DNA of 64,000 nucleotides. It comes from Bdellovibrionales bacterium. GTDB lineage: Bacteria; Bdellovibrionota; Bdellovibrionia; Bdellovibrionales; DASUEL01. The translations under genes and the position numbers were made by a program. Within the stretch, counting starts at the first letter, position 1. Every line of letters begins with the position of its first letter. Shown one piece after another: positions 56,027 to 64,000 of the stretch. A model generated the notes under the pieces. It ran no database searches. It saw only the letters and a program-made list of their open reading frames with translations, and was not told where the DNA came from. The stretch is from NCBI GenBank assembly GCA_050250255.1, contig JBFWOZ010000008.1, forward strand, positions 1 to 64,000, given 5' to 3'.

Positions 56027-57514
56027 ATGTCGATTATCCTTGAAACACGTCAACTCACAAAAGAGTTTGGACCACATAAAGCGGTTCAGGACGTAAATTT
56101 CAAGGTTCAAGCTGGATCCATTCACGCCATCATCGGTGAAAACGGGGCCGGAAAATCCACTCTCATGAAATTGATTTTTGGTTTGTACAAGCCGACTCAT
56201 GGAGAAATTCTCTACAAAGGTCAGCCGGTGAAGTGGGCCTCACCTGTAGAAGCCATTCATTCCGGAATTGGGATGGTTCACCAGCACTTTAGTCTTCTCC
56301 CTACTTCCACCGCGATCGATAACATTGTGCTTGGTTTTGAACCTTTAAGTGGTTTTGGTAGAATAGATCGCAAAAAAGCCATCGAAGAAATTGAAAAGCT
56401 TCTCCCTAGCGAATCACTTCGTGTGCCATGGCATAAAACTATTGAGGAACTCAGTATCGGCGAGAGACAGCGAGTGGAAATACTCAAGGTCCTCTACCGT
56501 CGAGCCGACTTTTTAATTTTAGATGAACCGACGGCTGTGCTGACTCCCCAAGAATCCGAAGATCTTTATCAAGTGATGAAAGATCTTAAAAAATCGGGTC
56601 GAACGATCGTGATCATTAGTCATAAAATCCATGAGCTTCTACCCCTCGCCGATGACTACACAGTTTTAAAAGGTGGAGTTGTCACAGGCACCGGGAAAAT
56701 CAGCGAAGTGAATCAAGAAAAACTTGTTCACATGATGATCGGTCGAAATCTCGCACCTAAAACTTCTGAACGAACCGCTTGTCAAACTGGCCTTCGACTT
56801 AAAGCAGAACAAGTCTGTGATCTCGAAGGTCGTAGACTCAAAAATGTTTCCCTGTATTTACATGCAGGAGAAGTTGTAGGAATTGCTGGCGTTGAAGGTT
56901 CGGGACAAAAGGAATTTATCAATAGCATTATCGGCCTCCATCCTTTTCGTGGAAATCTAGAGGTTTTGCATCACAAAGTCGAATCAGGACATGTGCATCC
57001 TCATGGCAACATCGGGTTTGTTCCCGAAGATCGTTTGCTCAACGCGCTTTGGAGCCAGGCGAGCTGTTATCATAACCTTGTCGTGGGAATCGAAGAGCAT
57101 TTTTCAAAATATGGTGTGATGAGTGAAAAGAAAATCCGGAGCACCGTAACTCCTTGGGCTCAATCACTTGACGTACGTGCACGTAGCCTAGAACAGGCAG
57201 GCGGAGAACTCAGCGGTGGAAATCAGCAAAAGCTTGTGTTTGCTCGCGAAGTTTTTGGAAAACAGCCACCCCTCTTGATCTGCCATCAGCCCACTCGCGG
57301 TGTCGATTTAGGTGCGATGGAGAAAATTCATCAGCTTATTCTCCAAAAACGAAATGAAGGTACGGGCGTTCTTCTCGTCAGTAGCGATCTTGATGAATTG
57401 ATGGATCTTTCGGATCGTATTTATGTTTTTTATTCCGGCGGAATCACTGCCGAACTTCCGCGTGCTCAATTTGATCGTTTTCTTCTCGGAAAATACATGG
57501 CTGGTGGACAATGA
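56027..57514 (+). CDS. Nucleoside/sugar ABC transporter ATP-binding protein (CUT2, two ABC domains)
   Basis: GENGAGKST, GMVHQHF, LDEPTAVLTPQE, LSGGNQQK, QPTRGVD. Confidence 0.95.
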   Translation: MSIILETRQLTKEFGPHKAVQDVNFKVQAGSIHAIIGENGAGKSTLMKLIFGLYKPTHGEILYKGQPVKWASPVEAIHSGIGMVHQHFSLLPTSTAIDNIVLGFEPLSGFGRIDRKKAIEEIEKLLPSESLRVPWHKTIEELSIGERQRVEILKVLYRRADFLILDEPTAVLTPQESEDLYQVMKDLKKSGRTIVIISHKIHELLPLADDYTVLKGGVVTGTGKISEVNQEKLVHMMIGRNLAPKTSERTACQTGLRLKAEQVCDLEGRRLKNVSLYLHAGEVVGIAGVEGSGQKEFINSIIGLHPFRGNLEVLHHKVESGHVHPHGNIGFVPEDRLLNALWSQASCYHNLVVGIEEHFSKYGVMSEKKIRSTVTPWAQSLDVRARSLEQAGGELSGGNQQKLVFAREVFGKQPPLLICHQPTRGVDLGAMEKIHQLILQKRNEGTGVLLVSSDLDELMDLSDRIYVFYSGGITAELPRAQFDRFLLGKYMAGGQ

Positions 57515-58560
57515 ACGTGCGTGGTTTTCTCTTCTCACTGACTTGCGCAATTTTAGGTCTGATCGTGAGCCTCGTGATTTCTTTTTTCATCGGCGAAAAT
57601 CCCCTGCATGTTTTAAATGTCATGACGGCAGGTGCCTTTGGTTCATGGACCAACATTGGTTACACTTTTTACTACGCCACACCTCTCATGTTCACAGGAT
57701 TTGCCGTCAGCTGGGCGCTTCGCACAGGTCTTTTTAACATTGGAGCCGAAGGCCAAATGGTGATGGGTGCGATGGCGGCTACAGTTTTAACATTGAGTTT
57801 GCCAGAAATCCCGTCTCCACTTTCGTGGTTATTGGTCCTCATCGTGGCTTCTTTTGCTGGAGGACTCTGGGGTGCCCTTGCCGGTTGGCTCAAAGCCTAT
57901 CGTGGAGCTCACGAAGTTCTCGCCACTATTCTACTTAATATTGTTGCCGCGGGGATCACCGGCTACGTGGTGAACCATCTCTATAAAAATCCTACGTCAC
58001 AAAATCCTGAAACGTTGCCATTCACCGAAAACTTTTTGATCTCTACGATTCCTTGGCTCGGTGGACAGAGTCCCCTCAACTGGAGTTTTGTTTTTGCGCT
58101 TATCCTTATTGTTTTTTTCTCGCTCGTAAATCACTACACCATCTTAGGTTTTCGCAGTCGTCTCACTGGCGATTCACCGGGACTTGCGCTCCACGCAGGT
58201 GTTGACGTGAAAAAACAAATTCTCCTCGCAATGGCGATCTCGGGAGCCTTCGCAGGTCTTGCAGGTATTTCGGAGGTGTTTAGTTACTCTGGAAAACTCA
58301 AAGAAGGGTTTGCAGCAGGTGCAGGCTTTACCGGAATTGCCGTGGCACTTCTCGGTCGTCACCATCCCGTAGGAATTATCGCATCGGCTTTTCTCTTCGG
58401 TGCACTTCACAAAGGCTCACTCGATTTAGATATTGATACCGAATACATCAGCCGCGATTTTGCGCTGGTGATTCAAGCTTTGATCATTCTCTTTATCGCG
58501 AGCGAAAACGGTCTGGTGGCAAAAGTGCGCGAACTCACCAAAGGAAAAAAGAATGCTTGA
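57511..58560 (+). CDS. Nucleoside ABC transporter permease 1
   Basis: GLFNIGAEGQ, HEVLATILLN, GFTGIAVALLG. Confidence 0.93.
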   Translation: MNVRGFLFSLTCAILGLIVSLVISFFIGENPLHVLNVMTAGAFGSWTNIGYTFYYATPLMFTGFAVSWALRTGLFNIGAEGQMVMGAMAATVLTLSLPEIPSPLSWLLVLIVASFAGGLWGALAGWLKAYRGAHEVLATILLNIVAAGITGYVVNHLYKNPTSQNPETLPFTENFLISTIPWLGGQSPLNWSFVFALILIVFFSLVNHYTILGFRSRLTGDSPGLALHAGVDVKKQILLAMAISGAFAGLAGISEVFSYSGKLKEGFAAGAGFTGIAVALLGRHHPVGIIASAFLFGALHKGSLDLDIDTEYISRDFALVIQALIILFIASENGLVAKVRELTKGKKNA

Positions 58561-59437
58561 AGAAATTCTGCTTTCAACTCTAAGACTTGGTATTCCTCTC
58601 GCATTTGCCGCTCTTGGCGGGCTTCTTTCTGAGCGAGCGGGAGTTGCCAACATCGCTCTTGAAGCAACGCTTTTATTCTCGGCTTTTGCCGCTGCCGCGA
58701 TGACCACCCTTTCTGAATCTCTCATGATGGGTCTGACTTCTGGAGTGATCGCCGGACTCATCGTCGGTTTACTTTTTAGTTCGATTTGCATTTGGGGACG
58801 CGGCGATCAAATCGTTGTGGGTGCCGCTTTTAATCTTTTTGCCGTAGGCCTTTTACCGCTCATGATGAAAGCGCTCTTTCAAGTTTCCGGCTCAACTCCG
58901 GCACTTCCGCTGGAACTTCGCTTTTCCTCTATCACTTTATTCGTGATTCTCTGCGGAGTTCTCGTACTTGGAGTCTGGTATTTGTTTCGAGAAACTTTCG
59001 TGGGTTTACGCATTCACGCTGCCGGAGAAAATCCACAAACTCTCGCAAACCAAGGGGTCTCTTACCGCATGGTTCGCTTGGGTGCGGTGACTTTAGGCTC
59101 GGCACTCGTAGGCCTCGGCGGAGTTTACTTAAGTCTTTGTCAGGGAAGCGGATTCATCCGAAATATGTCAGCAGGTCGAGGATTTATTGCGCTTGCCGCT
59201 CTCATTCTCGGCGGATGGAAACCCTTTCCCACTCTGGCTGCCTGTTTCTTTTTTGCTTTCACCGATGCCATCCAAATTCGTTTACAAGGCACAACTGTCG
59301 GTGGTTGGAACGTGCCGAATCAGCTCGTACAGATCTCTCCGTTCATTATTACTTTCGTGGGCCTCGCTCTCTTTGGCGGCCGCATGAGAGCGCCTCTCGC
59401 CATCAATCGCAGCGATGAGCAAATGCGCACGAACTAG
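58553..59437 (+). CDS. Nucleoside ABC transporter permease 2
   Basis: SERAGVANIALE, GENP, GRGFIALAALILGGW. Confidence 0.93.
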   Translation: MLEEILLSTLRLGIPLAFAALGGLLSERAGVANIALEATLLFSAFAAAAMTTLSESLMMGLTSGVIAGLIVGLLFSSICIWGRGDQIVVGAAFNLFAVGLLPLMMKALFQVSGSTPALPLELRFSSITLFVILCGVLVLGVWYLFRETFVGLRIHAAGENPQTLANQGVSYRMVRLGAVTLGSALVGLGGVYLSLCQGSGFIRNMSAGRGFIALAALILGGWKPFPTLAACFFFAFTDAIQIRLQGTTVGGWNVPNQLVQISPFIITFVGLALFGGRMRAPLAINRSDEQMRTN

Positions 59438-59508
59438 CTCGACCTAAGTCGAATAGTCGGGAGTCCTATGGACTCGCACTCATATGTCACCACTGCTAAA
59501 CTATCTCT

Positions 59509-62421
59509 ATGATTTATTGGGGAAAACGTTTCTTGATGGCCTGGCTTATTTTAGGTGTGCTCACCTTTGGAGTCGCCTTCGTGTTTTCCCAGTTTTTTGC
59601 TGAAGGTTATATCAAAGACTTCGTTGAAAAGGATCTCGCACAAAAAACGAATCTTCAATTAAAAGTCGGCTCGGCCAAAGTTCGTTTGCTTCCTCCGATC
59701 GCAATTTCCATGGGACAAGTGGAAGCTGCAGCACCCGATCAAACAAAAAAAATGATTGCCGAACAAGCCGAGGTGAGAGTCGATCTATTTTCATTGCTTA
59801 CTCATTTGCCTCGTCATCATATAAAAACACAAATTCTCCTCTTAAAACCCGTGATTCAAATACGTTTACCGCCAGCGCCGACAGCGAACGCATCGGCGAC
59901 AACAGCCGTACCCCCTACAGTCACCAGCACCTCCATATCGTTTCCAGAAAACTTTGATGCCAATGTCGTATTCGACTTACAAGGTGGAGAATTTCACGTC
60001 ACTCAGCAAGGAGTGAACCCTACAATTCCTGACACCAAACTTTTATCTCTGAATCAGCTTTATATTACGCTTGAAATGCCAAACTTACGTTCACCCTGGA
60101 ATTTAAAAGTTTTAGCTGAGCAAAACACCTTCACTCCGTTTCTCATCACACTTCCTCTCGACTTTTATTCTGAAATTCACCCGAACTTTGAAACCATGAA
60201 GCTTGATTTTAAAAACGCCGGCCTTCGCTTTGTGGGCATTAGCACCCAGATCGCAGGACAAGTGAATTTAAACAATATGCATCACAGTTGGGATGCGAAA
60301 TTCTCCGCCCCCGATCTTGCGAGTATCAAAAATTTATCACTTCCTGGAATTTGGCGCGGCTCCATTCTTGCCAACATTAAGGTGAATGCCGCAGAAAATT
60401 TAGCGGTCAGCGGAGCCGTTAACGTGAAAGACGTGATGGGAGATTTTTCTTTAAAAAAAGAAGGTTTCTCGTATGAGGGGATTTTAAAAAGCACTGCATC
60501 TACCTCTTTCGTTTATCAAAAGCAGCTCGATTTAAAAACGGCCGTCGGCTTTTTAGATCTCACCGAAGCTTCGCTCACCTATAAAAATTTATTTAAAAAA
60601 GAACGGAATGTGGCTTTCAACGCCGATTTTGATTTAGGAAATGATCAAAATGGAATTCAGGTTAAAAAATTAAAAGCACGCCTGGCACAACTTCAAGCAT
60701 CAGGAAGCGGTCTATTAGCTCTCTCACCAGAGCAGAGTTCGGAAATCGACATTCACATTCCAAAAACAAATATGGCAGGGCTTGAAAAGAATTTTCCATT
60801 GCTTCAAGCGCCGCTCGTTGGCTCCGTTCAAATCGATGCCTCGATCAAAGGAGACTTTCAAAAACCAGACACTCTTCTCGTAAACGTCAATCCCATCGTA
60901 CTTGAGAATCTTAAAGTGAACGCCAAATGGAGTTCGGAAGACAAAACGAAAACGATTAATGGCCTCTCCGTTATCAACGCAAAAGCCACCGTGATTCTAC
61001 AGGGTCATGACTTAAAATCGTCGCAGGTAGATGCGCAGGCCGATCTCACCCACGCTAGCCTGCTCGTGCAAGATATGTTCGTCAAAGCCTTAGGCCAACC
61101 TTTTCGCCTCAGTCTCGTGACGAGTCAGAGTGCAAAAACTGTGAACATTTCAAAAGCCACTTTTTATTCGAGTGCGGGCCCCATCGATATCAAGGGAACC
61201 GTCAGCGATCCACTCAATCCCCTTATGAATCTCAATATAGAAACCGCAGGCTTAAATTTAACCAATCTTGCACAAATTTTTCCGATGCTTAAAAAATGGA
61301 AACTGAGTGGTGTAACACAAGCACGACTCAATCTTTCGGGACAGTATTTATTTAAAGAGGGCATTACTCTTTCACCACTAGCCCTCAATGGAAGAGTCTC
61401 CGCGAATTTACCAGAATTTAATTATCAATCACCACCAGCACCGGTAGGAGCTACTGGCTCTGAGCCTGCTCCCGCGCCAGCTCCTGAGTCGATTTTTCCT
61501 CAATGGCCTATTCTCAAAACCCTCAAACTCCAAACCGATCTCAAAGTTGGCAAGCTCACCTACAATGACTTATTGATCTCAGGTCTTACTTGGCAGGGAA
61601 AAATTGATAAGGGTCAATTGAACGCCAAATTTGATATTAAAAATCTTTTTGATGCCACGGTTTCTGTCATCAAATTGAGAACTTCACTTACTAATATTGC
61701 TCCAACTACACTCGTGGATGTGATCTGGGGCAATATGGATCTCGCACGTGCGACAGATTGGTTTTTTCCAAACTGGAAAGGCCTCGTCTCGGGAGTGTCA
61801 AGCGGAGCCATGGATATTAGCCTCCTCCACCCCACTCATAAAAAGTTTCTGAACGATACTGTGATTCGCGGAAGCATGAAGGTCTCTCAAGGGTTTTTGA
61901 GCACCTTAAAGTTTGACGAAATCATCAACAAAAAATTGCATGAGTTTCCCGGAGTTGGTGATCAAACCAAAATTAATTCGAAGGGTGTTGCGGGCAATAT
62001 CTCGACAAGTTTTGAATTCACCAAGTCTATGCTCAACCTCAAACCTTTTAATGTCGTTACGCCTGAAAAAAACGAACTTCAGGCTCAAGCATGGATCAAG
62101 ACAGACAAAAGCATGGAGCTAAGAGGAGATGTTTATCTCAGTAACCCTCCAGTCAAAGGTAGTATCCTTGAAGCGAACTCTGACGAAAGTGGTCGCATGG
62201 TTGTCCCCGTACGCTTTACAGGAACGGTGACGAATCCTGAGCTCAACATCGCGGAGCAAACCATCAAAACCATGCTCACCAAAACGGCCCAATACGAAAC
62301 TCGCAAAGCCGCCAACCTTCTACGAAAAAAAGCCGAATCCGAATTTAACCAGCAAGTGGATCAAGGTAAAAAGAAACTTCAAGAAGAAGTCTCCAAGGGC
62401 TTTAAGAATATTTTTAAATAA
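59509..62421 (+). CDS. AsmA family (bridge-like) envelope protein
   Basis: N-terminal TM anchor, long beta-rich body, C-terminal VPVRFTGTVTNP then amphipathic helices. Confidence 0.75.
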   Translation: MIYWGKRFLMAWLILGVLTFGVAFVFSQFFAEGYIKDFVEKDLAQKTNLQLKVGSAKVRLLPPIAISMGQVEAAAPDQTKKMIAEQAEVRVDLFSLLTHLPRHHIKTQILLLKPVIQIRLPPAPTANASATTAVPPTVTSTSISFPENFDANVVFDLQGGEFHVTQQGVNPTIPDTKLLSLNQLYITLEMPNLRSPWNLKVLAEQNTFTPFLITLPLDFYSEIHPNFETMKLDFKNAGLRFVGISTQIAGQVNLNNMHHSWDAKFSAPDLASIKNLSLPGIWRGSILANIKVNAAENLAVSGAVNVKDVMGDFSLKKEGFSYEGILKSTASTSFVYQKQLDLKTAVGFLDLTEASLTYKNLFKKERNVAFNADFDLGNDQNGIQVKKLKARLAQLQASGSGLLALSPEQSSEIDIHIPKTNMAGLEKNFPLLQAPLVGSVQIDASIKGDFQKPDTLLVNVNPIVLENLKVNAKWSSEDKTKTINGLSVINAKATVILQGHDLKSSQVDAQADLTHASLLVQDMFVKALGQPFRLSLVTSQSAKTVNISKATFYSSAGPIDIKGTVSDPLNPLMNLNIETAGLNLTNLAQIFPMLKKWKLSGVTQARLNLSGQYLFKEGITLSPLALNGRVSANLPEFNYQSPPAPVGATGSEPAPAPAPESIFPQWPILKTLKLQTDLKVGKLTYNDLLISGLTWQGKIDKGQLNAKFDIKNLFDATVSVIKLRTSLTNIAPTTLVDVIWGNMDLARATDWFFPNWKGLVSGVSSGAMDISLLHPTHKKFLNDTVIRGSMKVSQGFLSTLKFDEIINKKLHEFPGVGDQTKINSKGVAGNISTSFEFTKSMLNLKPFNVVTPEKNELQAQAWIKTDKSMELRGDVYLSNPPVKGSILEANSDESGRMVVPVRFTGTVTNPELNIAEQTIKTMLTKTAQYETRKAANLLRKKAESEFNQQVDQGKKKLQEEVSKGFKNIFK

Positions 62422-62426
62422 ATAAT

Positions 62427-63134
62427 TTATTTGTTCGCTGGTTTGCTCAGCGCAGGCTGTGTACGAATCGGATGAGTTTGTTTTAAGATTTCTTTCACCC
62501 AGTGAGCTGCACCGACTTCGTTTGCATGCATTCCATCTTTTGTTTTATTCCCCATCGTTCCGGGACGAGTCATCGGTCGACTATCAATTAATTTACAAAA
62601 AGGGCTGACCGACGCCTCAAGAGAGGCGTAAAACGGATCAAGATTTTTTTCCATTTTTGTAAGAAGGGCCGGAGAAAAGCCTTTTGCTTCCATAGGATTT
62701 AAGTGCGGGGGGCTAATCCATTCGCAGTCGTTGTTTTTCAGGGCTTCTGCCATCTGACGATAATAAGAATCAGCTTGAGTTCCTTGCAGCGAATTTGTGC
62801 CCAATGCCACGATGACTTTTGAGTCTTTGTGTTTCTCTAGCAAAGCCGTAAAAATTGGCATCTGACCTTTTGGTTCGCAGGGTATAAATGTTTTTTTCTC
62901 CACACTTCGTGTGTGGCAAATTTGACCTGAAGGTTTTTGACCTTTCACCCAGTGCTCTGCCTTGCTTGAGATTGCACATAGAAGAGTGACTTCATGATTT
63001 TTTTTCGTCAGCGCATCTACAAGTTCCGCTCCAAAGGCTGTACAACTTATGGAGTCCCCGATCACAAGAATTTTTTCTGCGTGAGCCTTTGTCACAAATC
63101 CAAAAAATAAAAGCAAAGTAATGAACTGTTTCAT
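62427..63134 (-). CDS. Secreted SGNH/GDSL hydrolase
   Basis: Signal peptide; VIGDS, LGTN, DGMH; start set at ATG 63134. Confidence 0.85.
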   Translation of the reverse strand: MKQFITLLLFFGFVTKAHAEKILVIGDSISCTAFGAELVDALTKKNHEVTLLCAISSKAEHWVKGQKPSGQICHTRSVEKKTFIPCEPKGQMPIFTALLEKHKDSKVIVALGTNSLQGTQADSYYRQMAEALKNNDCEWISPPHLNPMEAKGFSPALLTKMEKNLDPFYASLEASVSPFCKLIDSRPMTRPGTMGNKTKDGMHANEVGAAHWVKEILKQTHPIRTQPALSKPANK

Positions 63135-63221
63135 TCCCCTAATGTAACACAAGGCACGACAGCAAAGCTTCTTGGAAGCTTGTAGGTTGACAGGGGCTAT
63201 ACGAAGATCTAGGTTGCCTCT

Positions 63222-63431
63222 ATGGATCCACAAAAAAATCCCTACGCGGGACCGCAAAAATCAGTCATTACGAAAAAACTCATCGCTCTTTTTATTTTGT
63301 TTGTTGCGATCCTTTTCTTCACTTACCAAATTTGGTTGTCGAAGCATAATGCCGTAGCTCCATCGAGCCAATTCCCAACACCGCTTGAGACACAACAGAC
63401 GCCGCCAGTTGGGCCACCAGCCAATCCTTAA
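63222..63431 (+). CDS. Small single-pass membrane protein with Pro-rich tail
   Basis: One TM segment (LIALFILFVAILFFTY); co-oriented 11 nt before the next gene. Confidence 0.55.
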   Translation: MDPQKNPYAGPQKSVITKKLIALFILFVAILFFTYQIWLSKHNAVAPSSQFPTPLETQQTPPVGPPANP

Positions 63432-63442
63432 GAGAGGTTTTC

Positions 63443-63850
63443 ATGAACCCACCAGATTCAGAAATCAAAAAGGTCTTAACTCAATATAAAAATATCGCCG
63501 TGGTGGGACTTAGTCCGCAAGCGGATCGGCCCAGCTACGACGTCACCGAATATATGATTCATGCCGGTTACAACATCTGTGGCGTACGCCCCGGTGGGAT
63601 CAAATCCATTTTGAATCGTCCTTGCTTTGAAAGCTTAGCCGATGTGACCGAGCCTTTTGAAATTGTGAATGTGTTTCGTGCGAGCGATGCGATCCCTGGA
63701 GTGGTCGACGAAGTCTTGAAGACAAAAGCCAAAGTTCTTTGGCTCCAACTCGGTATCACTCATCCCGAAGCCGAAGAGAAGGCCCGCAAAGCCGGCCTCA
63801 TCGTGATCTCCAACAAGTGTATTCTTGTCGAGCACCGCCGTTTGTTATAA
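63443..63850 (+). CDS. CoA-binding protein (YccU-like)
   Basis: IAVVGLS...RPSY.V, IVNVFR, WLQLGI, NKCILVEH. Confidence 0.93.
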   Translation: MNPPDSEIKKVLTQYKNIAVVGLSPQADRPSYDVTEYMIHAGYNICGVRPGGIKSILNRPCFESLADVTEPFEIVNVFRASDAIPGVVDEVLKTKAKVLWLQLGITHPEAEEKARKAGLIVISNKCILVEHRRLL

Positions 63851-63921
63851 TAAAGGCGCCGCAGCCTTGAAGCACCATCCTTGTTTATGCTTAAAAAGCC
63901 ACCCACAATTTCGGTCTTAAA

Positions 63922-64000
63922 CTAACGGAACAAAGTCCAGATCCACCAAAGAAGTTTCAGCCAAGATAAAATAACATACGTACCATGAACCCAAGCCTTA
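63922..64000 (-). CDS. 3' end of a probable membrane protein continuing beyond the window
   Basis: ...KAWVHGTYVILSWLKLLWWIWTLFR*. Confidence 0.4.
   Translation of the reverse strand, partial: KAWVHGTYVILSWLKLLWWIWTLFR

Noticed and set aside
59439..59476. Two small hairpins (TCGAC-ctaa-GTCGA; GAGTCC-tat-GGACTC) after the ABC operon
   Set aside because: The stems are short with no U-tract; they cannot be distinguished from chance or assigned a function.
1..64000. CRISPR array, tRNA or rRNA genes
   Set aside because: No regularly spaced repeat-spacer series and no recognisable tRNA or rRNA sequence; intergenic gaps are short.

Overview
This is a 64-kb bacterial chromosomal segment. The organism is most likely Bdellovibrionota-like, inferred from two TIGR02147/DUF4423 paralogues, a DUF222-like HNH gene, a RAYT, and many orphan secreted proteins. 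No rRNA, tRNA or CRISPR array was seen. In order, it contains: a PAS-kinase/receiver/hybrid-kinase operon divergent from a stress operon (osmC, dps, eRF1-like protein, CoA-transferase, Zn-ADH); arsR-arsC-aquaporin; a subtilase; an ankyrin/CxxCH protein; a czcI-like/czcC/short adaptor/czcA metal efflux locus; a RAYT between perfect 25-bp inverted repeats; a surface-glycan island; a multicopper oxidase; a PQQ sugar dehydrogenase; lexA; housekeeping genes (CPA2 antiporter, mepA, carbonic anhydrase, dedA, typA, RNase Z-like); a nucleoside ABC transporter; and an AsmA protein. The strongest candidates for undescribed systems are: (1) an integron-like but integrase-free island (45840-49360), where an HNH gene points away from three small secreted-protein genes, each preceded by a shared TTTCRTGACRAAT motif, and a 16-bp palindrome occurs both inside the HNH gene and in the spacers; (2) two TIGR02147 + secreted-protein modules with ACA-N3-TGT palindromes centred 51-52 nt upstream of the start codon; (3) a CzcI/DUF2946-like leader ending in KRPP ahead of the czc genes; (4) a candidate new LexA box. 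All calls come from reading motifs by eye; no database searches were run.
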